Shown here: in pieces, positions 12,774 to 26,459 of the stretch
Layout: each line of letters begins with the position of its first letter
How positions within the stretch are numbered: the first letter of the stretch is position 1
Origin: Plasmodiophora brassicae
Taxonomy: Eukaryota
Direction of reading: 5' to 3'
Length of the DNA stretch: 64,000 nucleotides
Assembly (NCBI GenBank): GCA_036867785.1
Contig: CP145414.1
Span: forward strand, 744,001-808,000
The notes under the pieces: generated by a model
Databases searched by the model: none
What the model was told of the DNA's origin: nothing
What the model saw: only the letters and a program-made list of their open reading frames with translations
Translations under genes and position numbers: made by a program

Positions 12774-13202
12774 GTGGGTGTAGTGGTATCGGTGGGCATA
12801 GGGTTGTTTCTCCGTTCGGCCTGGTCCCTGGAATGTCCCTACTACGGAGGCCAGTCTCCTGCATGTTGCCTTGACATCGATGACGTCGACGACTGCAGCG
12901 TTCGGCCGCAGGCAGCACAGACATGAGTTCCTGGGATACTTTGCGTGCGCGGAAAGGAGCCTAATGCTGACGTGGGCAGTGTCGGCCTATCCGGTGCCCG
13001 CGATACCACTCGCCTTTAATGCCATTGTGAGCGCCTTGACGGGTAACTTGCCCGGCGGTGCCCTTGCCACGTAGCCCCCGGCCCCGCACCACAGATAGAG
13101 AGGCGCCTGTGGGCAGGTCCGCAGAAACTCCGCGCGCACGCACCGGTCGTGCGCGATTGCAGACGGCATTATCGTTCTCGAATTTCGCCCGCAAGGCACG
13201 GC

Positions 13203-14272
13203 ATGGGTTCGGATGCCAAGAGGGTCTTCCCGTCCCTGGAGACGTTCCTGGACAGCTCAACATCATGGGCCGATGCCGTCGACGACCGTACGTTTGATAT
13301 CCGTGGCGCGGTCCTGGCGACCGCATCTGACCTTTGCCCTGCCTAGAGGAGGATATGATGCCTACAGAACCGGCGCCCGCCCCGTCTGAGCGGTCGGCGT
13401 CGCCTCCACCGCTGCGTGCGGATCGCTCGTTCTCGCCGCCAAGACGGCCCTTGCCAACCGAACCGCCATTCTCGTTGTACGTCGGGAACCTATCGTACAA
13501 GTGCACCGAGGGCGATCTTCAGTCGCTCTTCGGCGACGACGCTGTCGAGTCAATCCGCCTCATTGCGGAAGGACCTTCTGGCCGGTTCAAGGGTTTCGGT
13601 TACGTGGACTTTGTTAGCCAGGACGCCATGGCTCAGGGGCTTCGCCTGTCCGGGCAAGTCTTCATGGGTCGTCCGATCAATATCGACGTGTGCCAGCAGA
13701 AGCAACACGATCGGGACCCTCGGTCGTCGTCGTCAAAGTTTGGGCGGTCGTTCAACAAGGCAACCTCTAGGGAGTCTGCGCCTCCCCATGCGGCCCAGCC
13801 ACAGGAACGTCGACGGCTCCAGCTTCAGCCGAGGACGCTCCCACTTCCTGAACCCGTTGCGGCACCGGAGCCAAAGCAAAGGCCAGCTCATAATCGTGAG
13901 CGCCCTGTACCCGTTGAGAAGCCGGCTGTAGAACCGGCGCGAGGACACAGTAGCAAGTATCAGGGACCTGCGCATCATCGCGGTGCACGGGACACTGGGG
14001 CCAGTGAAGAGCGCGAGGCCCCTCGCTTGCCGCGAGACGGTCGGTCCAGCGGGCGCGGTGGCCTACGTGGCGCGCGTCGTGGTGGTGGACATGGTCGAGA
14101 TGTCGGCGCGAGACAAGCGGGACATTCTGACGAGACGCCGATGCAGAAACCGGACGCGAACCATGGATCAAAACGTTCCAACCGGCCAGCGCCTGCCGCT
14201 GAACAGGCGCCAGCGGCTGTCGCATCGAGGAACCCGTTCGATCTCCTCGACGACGACTGTAACGAGAACTGA
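13203..14272 (+). CDS. EIF4B: Translation initiation factor eIF4B/4H-like RRM protein
   Basis: Exon 1 'SLETFL...SWADAVDD', intron 13288-13346, then 'LPTEPPFSLYVGNLSY...KGFGYVDF' and 'ERRRLQLQPRT'. Confidence 0.85.
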
Positions 14273-14445
14273 GCCGTTTCAGAGGCAGCCGCCACCACGC
14301 TCCCCCATGCGACGATTGGTGGGTTATTATGAATTCCAAACAATGTTTACCCGTTTCCGACTGCGATGACCTATTCTGCTGCGTACGTGCAGTGACGTCG
14401 ACAGTCGACTTCAGGGCATACAAGAGTCGAAGAAGCCACGCCAAT

Positions 14446-16417
14446 TCACATGTTAGGGTATGCTGGGCCGCCTCCACCTTCGGGAGACGTCCACTGGATG
14501 TATCTGGAAGGCGTCTTGATATCGCATGTCTTACAGTGGACACAGTTCTGAGCGTTGATCTGTAGCCGCTGGCCCCCTGCGCCGTCATCAACGAACTCGT
14601 AGACCTTGGCTGGGCAAAACCTCTGCTCAGGTCCAGCGTATACGCCGAGGCTCGTCTTGACGGGGAAATCGTCCGACACCCCTGCCCTGAGCCGGAGATG
14701 ACACGGCTGATCTTCCTGGTGGTTGACGCCACTTCGAGCAAGGTTGCTCAGCAGGTCGAAACTGATGCGACCGTCAGGACGGAACGGAGCAGGTGGTGTA
14801 AATTTGTCGGCAGCGCCCGTGCATTCGGCATCCTGTTTAGAGTTGTGGAATGTCCAAGGTTCGTGCCCCCTCAGGATTATTGTTTCGAGACCGCTATAGA
14901 GAATTCCAGCTACACGTAGCGTAATGTGAGCACATCCATAGTACAAAGGAATTTTGCCACAACATACCAACTGTGCCAAATTTAAATGACGGTTTGACGT
15001 TCCGAACGGTTTTCAGCTCGCTTGCAATCCAGGAATTGCGAAGTGCCGTTTCATACGAAGAAATGTCAGCGCCAGCAAGGCTGTTGTCCTTCGCCGATTG
15101 CTCAATGATTGCATCGGCGGCAAGGATGCCGGACTTCATGGCTGTATGTGTTCCCTTTATGCGGGGAACATTCATGAAACCGGCTGCACAGCCCACGAGA
15201 AGACCCCCCGGTACTGAAAGCCTAGGTATAGATTGAAACCCGCCAGTGGAGATAGCCCGAGCACCATAGGCAACGGGGGTGGCGCCCTCGAGAACGGGGC
15301 TGATCGAAGCGTGGTGCTTAAAACGCTGTCCATGGAGTTAGCGATGACCCACTTCTGCAACGAAACCAGCGTGTGGTACCTGGAATTCCTCATATGGATT
15401 CAAGTAGGGATTGGCGTAGTCTAGTCCAACGACGAGACCAACAGCGACCAGATCGGGGTTTAAGTGATAGAGATAAGACCCACCGTAGACGGAGTTTGGC
15501 AGAGGCCATCCCATTGTATGCGTTACCAGACCTGGACGGTGGACTTCCGGCTTCACCTGCCACAGCTACATTTCCTCAGCCAACAAACCCTGGGGAAACT
15601 GACTCTTTCGACGGACCTCCTTGAATCCAATCGAGTACGACGGCGGATCGCATTTGTTTCGCAGATTATACTTGCCGATAATGAGTTCAGTCAGCGAACC
15701 ACGTGCTCCTTCAGCAAACACTGTCTGGGAAGCATGAAGCTCAACGCCCTCCTGGTACGTGTCTGACGAGCAACCCATTAGAACACGGAACCACTGAACG
15801 TCCCCGATAATCGTCAAAGTTACCCTTCTTTTGTCCGTTCTTGCCTATTCCGAGATCGGCAGTGGCAATACCGATGACTTGGTCGTCCTTGTAGAGAACT
15901 TCCGAAGCAGCGAACCCAGGGAATATCTCGACACCTCTACCAAATAGATTGAGAATACCACCTAATAATTAACTCCCGTTCATCCCTACAGTTCGACTGC
16001 CTGGTCACCGAGCCATCGGACGAGGCTTCCAAGCGAAATGATATAGCAGCCCTCGTTGTGAAGTGATGGTGGGATGGGGCATGGAATCGCCGTTTTCTCG
16101 TTGACGAGGTATTTGAACCGATCGGTCGCAACTGGCGTGTCAAGCGGCGCTCCTCGATCCCGCCAATCAGGAAAGAGTTCGTTTAACGCTTTGGGGTCGA
16201 AGACGTTCCCCGACAGTATATGATCGCCAACCTCCGCAGCCTTCTCGACAACGCACACATTGACATCCGGGTTCCTCTGCTTCAGTCGGATGGCAGTCGA
16301 TAGCCCGGCAGGGCCTGCGCCAACCACGACCACGTCGAACTCCATCGACGCACGACCGCTGCCCGACAGCCATCGACGGGTACCGACGCCCGCCCGTCTC
16401 GACAGCCACCTGAACAT
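14446..16417 (-). CDS. ETFDH: Electron transfer flavoprotein-ubiquinone oxidoreductase, mitochondrial
   Basis: '[13 protein letters not shown]', '[18 protein letters not shown]', and 4Fe-4S 'RFCPAKVYE...[11 protein letters not shown]...PEGGGGPAY'. Confidence 0.97.
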
Positions 16418-16506
16418 CAGGGACTTGAAAACGAGCGTTGCACCAAAGCAAAACAGAGAGACCGTGACTGTACTGTAACGCCTTTGAGATTTTGGGGTAC
16501 AGCCAG

Positions 16507-16711
16507 CAGACTGCAGACTGCAGACTACAGACTGCAGACTGCAGACTACAGGCTGCAGACTGCAGACTACAGGCTGCAGACTGCAGACTACAGGCTGCAG
16601 AGTCAGTCTAACTCTTGGCCACTGCAGACTGCAGACTACAGACTGCAGACTGCAGACTACAGACTGCAGACTGCAGACTACAGGCTGCAGAGTCAGTCTA
16701 ACTCTTGGCCA
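16507..16711. repeat. Higher-order minisatellite: CAGACT(G/A) 7-mers in 21-mer units, in two blocks each ending CAGAGTCAGTCTAACTCTTGGCCA
   Basis: Seen directly. Blocks are ~16507-16621 and ~16622-16711. Confidence 0.95.
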
Positions 16712-16884
16712 TATTTTTCTTTGACCAGTCGTGGGCGATCATCTGTCTCCGTCGCATTCGAGATCGGGCACGCGGGCGACGTTCTGGAAGGTCGACGGAC
16801 GTAGGACGATGAATCTGGAATTCTGCCAGGCACGGTGTGACGATGGCGCCGAGCGATGCAGTCGTATTTCGCGAGCTGGCCGTG

Positions 16885-19855
16885 ATGAGCTGGCTGTGGG
16901 TGGTTCTGGTTGCGGCGTCGCTGGCAGCGGCCAGGGCCGCGACGAATACGTCGGTCCCCATGGGATCGTTCTCATCCACGGATGGCAACTACCAAGCCAG
17001 CTGGATGGTTGATGGGTCCAACGTCATCTTTACTATGTCGGCGGCCACGACGGGCTGGGTCGGCATCGGATGGTCGCCCAATCCGCGGGGTCACCTTAAC
17101 ACGAATTCGATCATCGCGTGGTTCAACAACGACGGCACCATCACAATGATCGACTCATACAGCCTGAACATGCGGGAAACGCCAACGCCCAACAATTTCA
17201 TCGACTCTGTACGTTCCTACGGTTTGATTGTACCTTGGACGTTCTTTACTGACTGTTTCGGTTCAGGTCGGCATTTCGGGGAAACAGGTTGGCGGTACAA
17301 CGTCTATCACCTTCCAACGCCCCCTTGCCTCTGCTGACACGCAGCATGTTCCAATCATCGACGGCAACATGTTCCTAGTCTGGGCGTACGGCGCAACTGT
17401 AAGTCGACTCCTACAGGGCAGTTCACAGAAACTGACGGTCGCTTGCTGCCATTTCAGCCAGGAACATCAGCTACATCATACCCGTATCATGGCACGAACC
17501 GAGGGTTCGCTCAAGTGAATTTCTTCGCTGGAGGACAGGTTACCGGAGGCACCGGCACGACGTTCACCGGGGTCTACAGTTACATAGCCGACCCAGCAGA
17601 GGGCCTGACTCTAACGGTCGCCGTGCTCATTGCGATCTTCATCATTGTCTTGCGCGCTCACAAGATACGGAAACGATGCCAGGAATACCGGCGTCGAAAA
17701 GCCTTCCGAGGATTTGCTGGGGCCACTGGCTTCGCCGACCCACCCGTTGTTTCCAAGACGTCCGTTGCTGGCACTTTCGAGAAGAATGCCAGCAATAGCA
17801 ACCTTAACAGGTCAGCGTCAACTATCAAGACAAGTCGGGTGTACGGCGCCGGCGTGGGTCTGCCTGACGACGATGATGACGTCGACCAAGCGAGCACGTC
17901 GACAGGCGACAAATTTATTGCCCTACCAGGTGCGGCTGCTCCTAACGTATTCGCCTTCCAGCAGCGCATGTTCGACAAGGCATCGTCGGATGCGCCACCT
18001 GCCCCCAGAGACGATGAGTATTCGTCAGGCGACGAGGACGATGATTTCTCCGATGATAGCGAGATTCCCGGTGCCAATGTCGTTCCCGCCGGTGGGTACT
18101 ACCTTGGGAGGTCCCAACCGATAGCGTATGCCCCTACATCCGACGCGCCCCTGGAGGTCTACATCTTGGACCAGAAACCGGTATCCAACCCCGTTCGCAA
18201 TGCCTTTGTGCGATGGTCTCGTGCTCGCGTGTTCGGGATGGCGGTCAAAGACGTCGTCGTTTTCTTGGCCTATGTCTTCCTGAACGTCGGCTGGGTTCTG
18301 ATCTGGCCTCGCGCCGACTGGGATATCGCCACGTCTCTCGGGTACCTGACGGCCGCGAATGCATTCTGGGTCGTCGTGCCGGCTATGAGGAACTCCCTCA
18401 TTTCGCTGATCGGCGAGATACCCGTCGACAGATCCATTCTCTACCATCGGTGGCTGGGCCGCTGGCTGGCCGCTGTTGCCGTGTCCCATGGACTTGCAGA
18501 GCTCGTGCCCCAGATCCGGAACATTAATGACATCATGGACGTACTGTCCATATTTCGCAACTATACCGGGTACGTGAGCAGGTCATGTGCACGTGGAATC
18601 TCCCTCTGATGTGGGCACCTGTCAGCGTCGTATCTGTAGCATGCCTGCTCACCATTGTGCTGACCTCTGTTGAATCCATTCGACGCCGCCTGTTCAACTT
18701 CTTCTACTACTCGCATTTCGTCTTTGTCGTCTTCTATGCATACTCTTGGATGCACAGCGTCAATGCCCGGCCGTACCTGATTGCTGCTTTCGCCGTTTAC
18801 GGCGCCGACCGTGTGTTCCGCTTGCTGAAGGGGAACCTGATTCCGTTTCGCGCATCCCAAGCGCAGGCGCTCCCTGGCAACGTTGTTCGCCTGCGGTTCC
18901 CACGTCGAAGGTAAGCTGGCAGCGTCGCAGGTACCAGCGTGCATGGATTTACTGTAAGAGTACAGGTTTGCGCGGTATAACGCAGGACAGTACGTGTATG
19001 TCAACTTCCCAAGTATTGCCTTCCTCGAGTGGCACCCATTCTCGCTATCCTCCGGCCCTCACGATGAGTACTGCGAAATCCACTGCAAATCTCTTGGGAA
19101 CACAACTCGCTCGCTGCTTAACCGAGTACAGGGCACCCTCAGCGTTATACCACCACTTATGAGGGTTGAAGGTTCGACTTCCAATACTTCAGCAGCGTGC
19201 GCATCTGGTAAACCATTGTACAGGGCCGTATGGGCATCTCTCTTCGCGGTACAAGCGGTACTCCCACGTGCTGCTGATTGGTGGCGGCGTCGGCATAACG
19301 CCGCTGATTTCCATCATCAAAGACATATACCAGCTCGATATGACGGCGAAAGGCAAGGCACAGCACGCCCGTTCGGCCTGGGTTCGGCACGTCTACTTGG
19401 TAACATCGTGACGGAACCACCACGCTGACCCACCAAACTGACCGAGTAAATGCCAGGTGTGGACGGTGCAAACCGAATTCGAGTGGGCATGGTTTGCCGA
19501 GATCATCGTGAGGGCCCGTGTCCTGGCGGCTCTCAGCCAGTACCCAAACCTCACGATCGCTGGGCATATCACGCAGCAGGCCACAACTGCCGACCCAAGC
19601 CTGATTGTCGGGCGACCGGACCTCGAGACCATATTCCGTTACGTCGAAGGGTCCATGATGGATGAGGGCGTGGCCCCACGTGAACCTCCGAAGCCGATCG
19701 ATACACTTACCATCGACAAGAAGGCCGCAAGCGGGCGCGCTGCTGTGTACGTTTGCGGCCCCCGTTCGCTGGTCAACGATGCATGGGACGTGGCACGAAA
19801 CCGGACGCGGGGAAGCGTCCGCTACGATTTCCATCACGAGGTGTTCGAGTTCTGA
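16885..19855 (+). CDS. Signal peptide-DOMON-TM-linker-ferric reductase (FRD/NOX-family) fusion protein
   Basis: DOMON 'GWVGIGWS...TSITFQRPL...LVWAYG...YHG'. Heme His pairs 'YHRWLG...SHG' and 'YSH...WMH', FAD motif 'EWHPFSLSS', NADPH motif 'GPYG...LIGGGVGITP', and C-terminal 'CGP...FHHEVFEF'. Confidence 0.9.
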
Positions 19856-19976
19856 CCGCTTGCCGTCGGATGTTATAATGAACAAAGCGACCCGTGACCA
19901 GACTCTGTGATAAGTAGGTTCAACACTGTTTACAGAGGAACCAAAGTATACACAGGACATATCGTGGCGGTCGCCA

Positions 19977-20763
19977 TCAGCAGGTCTCCTCGCGCTCGAG
20001 AACTCGCCCGCCTAACCCGCTGGCACTGGCAGTAACAGCCAGTATCCTGGACGCCGCCGCCGCCGCTCTCAGGCTTGCGATCCCGGGTGTCGATGTTACA
20101 GGCATGTTCGATATCGTCATCGAATGTTGCTTCTTCATATGCGTCGCAAGGTTGCCCTGTGGGGAATCGATTGTAAGGAGCAGTGAGGACTAGGATGACA
20201 AGCGTCAAGAGCGTACCTTCTGGGAAAACGTCTTCCTACATTCAGGACATTCAAACGGCCGATCGCCGCTGTGGTATCGCATATGGTTCGACAGAGTGAA
20301 CGACGTCGCAAATGCCTTGTTACAAATCGTGCAAGGGTACGGGCGTTCGCCAGTATGTACGCGAAGATGCGTTGTCACTGCACCATCACTGTTAGGGATG
20401 ACACGATGCGCATCGAGTACCTTGGCGAAGAGTACCTGCGCTTGACTGCGCGAAACGTTTCGTGCACACAGGGCACTCGAACGGTCGGTCCCCAGTGTGG
20501 ATGCGTTCGTGGGTCTTCAGGTTGAACTTCTCCGAGAACGATTTCAGGCACACGGGGCACTGGTAGGGGCGGTCGCCCCGGTGCGTCCTCGTATGACTGT
20601 CGTACTGGCTCTTGAAGTTAAAGGTACGCGGGCATTCATCACACTTGTATACGCCAGCACTTGGGTCATGCACGAGATAATGCATCTTGTATGCGGATCG
20701 CTTCAGGAACATCTCGCCGCAGAACTCGCATGTGAATAACGATTTCGAGGTTGTGCCCGCCAT
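19977..20763 (-). CDS. C2H2 zinc-finger transcription factor (6 fingers), 3 exons
   Basis: CxxC..HxxxH arrays with HTGDRP/HTGERP linkers. Introns follow 'QSSA' and 'FSQK'. Confidence 0.9.
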
Positions 20764-21365
20764 CACACACCGCTCCGAAATCTCGATGCGTGCCTTCAAA
20801 TTGAACCGGGGGTTTACGATGATATCCGCCCAATTTAAAACTTGCGGCGATGACTCACACGCCGGAAACGAAATCCCAGTCCAAACCAGCCAGTGACGTC
20901 ACCGTCTTGTGATTCCGCCGGCGCGTGTAGCAGCCACGAAGGCGTGGGCGCAGCGGGCTGCCAGCCGCCCCCCACGCAGTAAATCTGCACGGCTCGTACG
21001 ACCCGGCCGCCCCGCGCTGACCGCAATCGCCAGTAACCGTTCCTGCCCAGCCGTCTACCCTACTGCTGACACGTTCTGGAGATTCCTACCTACCTACCTA
21101 GCTACCCGTCGTCCAGGGGACGTTTTGGAGATTCGAAGCGTGAAGCCCAGGCGAGCCGACGTCCTGTCACTGACCGAATCCGCCGAGACGGTCACGTATA
21201 CACGTTACAGGGAGATCTTCCTAAAGTGTACTGTAGCCACGGCTGGCTGTATAGTACCGAATGGCATGGCAGCTGGGAGCGGGCAATGGGGCGCGCTGTG
21301 TGAGGCGCGTTCCGCATCAAGTCCGCGGGGCGCGCAGATCCGGAACGCGCGTGCGACGGTCGGCA

Positions 21366-24002
21366 ATGGACGACGGCGGTAGCGGCGGGCCGAGCAAACG
21401 CGCCCGAACCGAGGACAATGCGCTGTCGGCAGGCAGTATCGAGGCTACGATTTCGGCGGTCGGTGACGGATGCGGGTGGCATTGTTTGAAGGCGTCTGTA
21501 ACGGCGAGAGTGTAGATACCAGCCGACCCGTTAGCCCTCCTGAGATACCAGAATGCAAGACAGTCGGAGCAACTGAAGGAAAAAGGAAGACAGATAGGCG
21601 AGCTGAAATCACAGGTTCCAATTGAGATTTGGGTGGTAACTGTCTGCGTGCTCAGCCCCTTTGTAGGTCCAAAGCTTGGAAAGTGATCTTCTGCGGCAGC
21701 GGACCGAGTCGACATCGCTGGCCGACCAGTGGCGAATCCTGATCACCGATCTGCACCAATTGTCGCAGAGGTTACCTGCCTGTGTTGGAGCACCTCCCAG
21801 GCTGCCGATCGTCGACCTGCTCAGCATGATCGGTAGGCTCTACCGTCTACGTTTTACGGAATAGTGCTGACTGGACCCATAAGCAACATCCAGCGACGAT
21901 GGAGTCCAACGGTCGAAGGAAACGGTTGCTCTAATGGAACGTCTTGTTGCAGCTGTTGCGTCTCAACAGGATCAATTCGTGGTCTGTTACTGACACGCCC
22001 AACCTATGCTGCTTGCTGGCTGACAACCGATATTATGTAGGCAGGCGGGGGTGCCGATAACCAGAGGATAGTGGAACTGGAGCGCGCTCTCAATGAATGT
22101 CATAACGCGCACGCGACCCTAGCGATTGAGCGCGACCGCTGCCGGCAGGCCTCCGAATGTGCTGATGCCCTGCGACAGCAAGTTTCTGATTTGGAACTGA
22201 AACTAAGTCGAGCTCTTAAGCGCATTGAACGGTTCACCGCGTTCCCGCCGACGCCATTGGTAACTGCCGCCATTTCGTCTCATTTCATCTGCTCAAGTGC
22301 GGACCTAGAAATCGGAACCGACAGCCCCTCAAGAGGATGCGAAACATGAGCCCGCCGCGGCACCTCCAGCGGACGAGTCCGAATTGCAGAAACTTCAACG
22401 TATGTTGCTGCTGCTGCTGATGTTCCTTGGCCCGCTTCCTAATTGTACGGGTGCAGTCGAACTTGTCAAGGCGACGTCGCTTGCGGAGACCAGGCTGACC
22501 GCGGATCAGAATCTGCAGGACAGGCTGGACAAGGTTGGAGTCGAAACGGCAACGGTTGCTGGACAATGATGCCCTGACGCTAGCGTACAGATGCAGCAAA
22601 TGGTGCAGGAGGCTGAAATGACTGCCGTGACGGCTGTCGGCCGTGCCACAACGGCGGAATCATACAAAGCCATGCTGTTGCAGCAGATTTATGACCTTCA
22701 AGCTGAACTCGTCAGCACGCGGTCTGCGGCATCCGAAACGGAGACCCGTCTACACGCATCGTTGTCGGCTCGTTCGACACAGTACAGCGCCCAAATCCAG
22801 CAGCTTCAGTCTGAACTGGATATCGCGAGGGACAAGCTTGCCGACATGCAGGCAACTGTGGAACGTGCGACCTCGCAGGCGCAAGCCGACGTGGAAGAAT
22901 GCCGTATCAAGCTCAAGAGGTCTATTGGTTTTCGACGTTTTCCATTGTGCGTATGCTGATACCTGGACCTACAGACTGGATGAACTGGAGACGCTGTGTG
23001 CTAGCCTTAGCAAAGAGCTGCAGCGTCGGTGTGCTCGTCGATCCGACACGCCGCCGAGCGGTGGGGCCTCGGTAGGGTGCCTGTTGATTGTCGTTGGTGG
23101 GATATTTCCTCTTCTAACGCAGCTATCAGGCCGACAGTGACCTCAACGATGCCCTGATGGCCGAACTTGATGAGGTGGTGAAGCAATTCGATGACATGCA
23201 GGAGATGAACCTCCGTCTGATGCAGCAATTGAGGGATCTAGAAGATTGTAACACGCAGTTGGGTCAGTTAACGGGTGGAACGTGCTGGTGCAGAGTTGCT
23301 AACGTTATGCGACAGTTGCTGACGGGTCACGGCTGAAGCAAAGCTTGGAGAAAATGAACACGGAGAAGCGAGTCCTTCTCGATCGTGAATCAAAGCTGAC
23401 CTCCGTTGTTGAGCGGCATCTGGAGACAATATCGGCGTTGAGGGGAGAGATTGCTGCCCGTGCTGCGCTGGAAGAGAAGTTGAACGAGCAGCTGCAGCTG
23501 TTGCAGAACCTCGCGGAGGAATATAAGCTAACGGCCTATGATTCGTCTCAGAAAGCTATCGAAGTCCAAGATCAATCCAAAGTAACTCTTGCAACTCTGG
23601 AAGCTCGGCTCAGGTCTGCTGAGACAAGGACGTCTTCACTCGTCAGTGCGGAAAAGAATGCCCGTCGTGCGGAGGAGAAGGTAGGACCGCGCTCGGGTTC
23701 TGGTAGTCGTTCCACGCTGATGTAGGACATAGAGCATCGTCTTGCAGAAACAGCTGGACAGGCTGACCGCGCAAGTGGGCCCCGTTGACGTGGGCCTTGA
23801 ACGGGAGCTTGAACACTACAAACGAATGGTGAAGTGCAGCGTTTGCAAGGACACACCCAAGAGTGTCGTTATTGCAAAATGTTTCCACATCTTCTGTCGG
23901 CCCTGCATCGACACGCGGATCAAGAATCGCGATCGACGTTGCCCTGCCTGCAGCAAGCCGTTCGGGCAAGATGATGTCCACAATATCTATCTAACACATT
24001 AA
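21366..24002 (+). CDS. BRE1: E3 ubiquitin ligase BRE1 (H2B monoubiquitination), multi-exon
   Basis: N-terminal 'LRYQN', long coiled coil, and C-terminal RING 'CSVCKDTPKSVVIAKCFHIFCRPCIDTRIKNRDRRCPACSKPFGQDDVHNIYL'. Confidence 0.9.
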
Positions 24003-24041
24003 TTCTCTGGGAACAATATAAGTATAACCTGTTTTAGAATA

Positions 24042-26295
24042 TCAGAACAGAGATGATGAGCCTCTATCGGGGCCAAGCGGCGACGACGATCTAGGGCTAA
24101 TGCTTTGGAGGGAAACGGGCACGGGCGCATGGGCGTTTGTCGCACAACGAGAGAATTGGCTCAGCCGTGTGACTCCACGTGGACCAACAATATTGGGGCC
24201 ACCGAACCACGACCTCATGTACTAATGCAGACATCAATAATCAGCGCGTTGAACATGACGATTACGGTCATTTGGTGAAGACTCACAAACTCGTCGAAGT
24301 CATTCCATATCTTTTGTAGCCCAGCGGTAGCCGGCGACGTCGACAAAGACGACTCGTCATCCATGCCGTCCTCATCCTGACTAACAGACACGAGCGGGTT
24401 TCGAACATCATTGCAATCGCGGCGAAGATTCAGCTTCGTAAGCAACGGCTCTGGTTTCGTTCCACATCATGACTAGACGGGCGATGGCATGTCCGACATG
24501 AGACGTACCGGTCAATCCGCCGCATACGACAGTTGTGAAGAAGACAACCGTCAGCGTGGTCGTGATCACAAGCGACCGATTCGGTGTCTCACAGCTTAAC
24601 GCTAACGCAAACGAGACAGCCCCTACGAGAAGCCAGTGAGATCACTATCAGGGCATGGTCACGATTCTTTGGGAGCAGCTATGACGTACCTCGGAGTCCA
24701 GCGAACCACATGACACATTGCATTGAAAACGTTATCTTGCGCTTGCGCCGAAAATTAACCAGGGCAGAGCCAGGGAAGATATGTGCCGCCCGTGCTAAAC
24801 AGGGCCCGTAAGCTACGACAAATGATGGCCCGGCAAAGATGGCGACATACATAGAAAGCATGCGATCAAGGAGAACAACACGAGTAGAGGTGACCAAGAG
24901 AGACCAATCGACGGTTGAAACGACACTCCTAATACGTTGTGTCAGCAGCGCAAATACTAACCGCAACGTTAGCCGATTGCAGACCTGCTGTGATACCCAG
25001 GTAGGCGAACAGAAACGTCTCTGCCAAAAGTGCAAAACTGTGGAATACATGCCCTGTCGACCGTCGCGATATTTCTGACAGGCTATACCATGCATAGTGA
25101 TGGATAACAATGGCGCAGACGAACAAAGCCATCACTGACGAAAATTAACGCACGACATCGATTTAAAACGATGGTCCCTTACCTCCAGACAGCCCAGCTA
25201 TCTCAGACAGGCAGTACGACGCATAGGCGAAGAGAAACATCAGAGTATACCTGGGCAGCCGGGATCAGTGCACAGTTCGACGTACACTGTACGAATTCAT
25301 ACTCATGTGCGGGCGATTCCCTGAACTCTACGCATCGGAACACGTAGGCACAGAGAAGTGCAACTCTAGGACATTATCAGAAACGAACGCGGCACATGAG
25401 CAGTTGCATTACCCGATGCCAACACAAACGGATGCGATCGAAACCGCAGAGAAGTTCCCCATTATTGTCAAAATCGAGAAAGCCGAAGGCGCTTCGCCAA
25501 CTGACTGCTGGAACGTCTTGAAAAGGACAATGGAAACAGCATCGTTTAAGACAGTCTCCCCGAACACGAGAGAATACAACACTGGATCCGCATTGATATC
25601 AGGAGACCCAAGTATGGACAGCGTCGCCACAGGGTCCACAGCGGAAAGCAACGCGGCAAACGTTAGACTAAACAGGTACTTTGAATACATTGATTTACAG
25701 TCCCCTAACAGGACGTACCATTCTAGTGGATCGGACGAGTCAAGGCCGATGAGGCCAATTCGCGCTAGGCCATAGAGGAAGTACCCGATGACGAGCTGTC
25801 GAACCGAACAGAGGTAAGAGACGCACTGCACCAACTGCTGTCGAGCCAACCGTGGATATAAGTGTCCCGAACACAGCGAACATGATAATCGTTGCAAGGT
25901 TCCTGAAGAAATCCTTTCGTTTCAATGCATACCCGGCGTCGAATATAATCGGAGGCAAAAGCACATAGAAGAACACGTTCGGCTGAAACCATACGAAATC
26001 GGTCTCCTCTGTCACAACATCCATCAGCCGTCTAACGAATCAGAGGCAAACGTTGATGACCATGGCCAAAGAAGATCGACACGATGCCGATCGCCATCCC
26101 AAAGATCATGCTGGCCGCAGACGCCGGCAGGTAGTATATCTTATATTCCCGTATGACCCTGGCCAGGAACAGGCAGACGCCGACGACCAGCACAAACAGC
26201 AACGAATTCAGCCCCACGAAATCGTGGCTGTTGCTGCTGGCGCCCCCACCGGCCTGGCCGGGCCCGATCGGCCCCGTCAACGCCAATAGCAACAT
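24042..26295 (-). CDS. Na+/H+ exchanger (CPA1, NHE8/NHX-like)
   Basis: 'FFYVLLPPIIFDAGY', 'LSAVDPVATL', 'LVFGETVLNDAVSIVL', 'LAETFLFAYLG', 'WFAGLRG'. Confidence 0.93.
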
Positions 26296-26459
26296 CGATG
26301 CTGCCGGCGCTGAGTGAGTAGTGACACAAAACGGGCCGACTGCGCCGCCGCACGGCGCGATGTCCTGCCGCGCGCCGCGTCACGTTTTCGAGAAACGCGT
26401 CCGCCAAAGGTCCAGAAACGGATAGGTATTTTATCGCAAACGACAAAGCCGATGTGCGG

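Noticed and set aside
12800..13150. Intergenic stretch with box C/D-like words
   Set aside because: No canonical box C/D pair with a terminal stem was identified by eye.
16484..16804. ORF with LQTADYR repeats, and a CRISPR-like look
   Set aside because: It is the translation of a minisatellite with a non-ATG start. There are no unique spacers or cas genes, and the context is eukaryotic.
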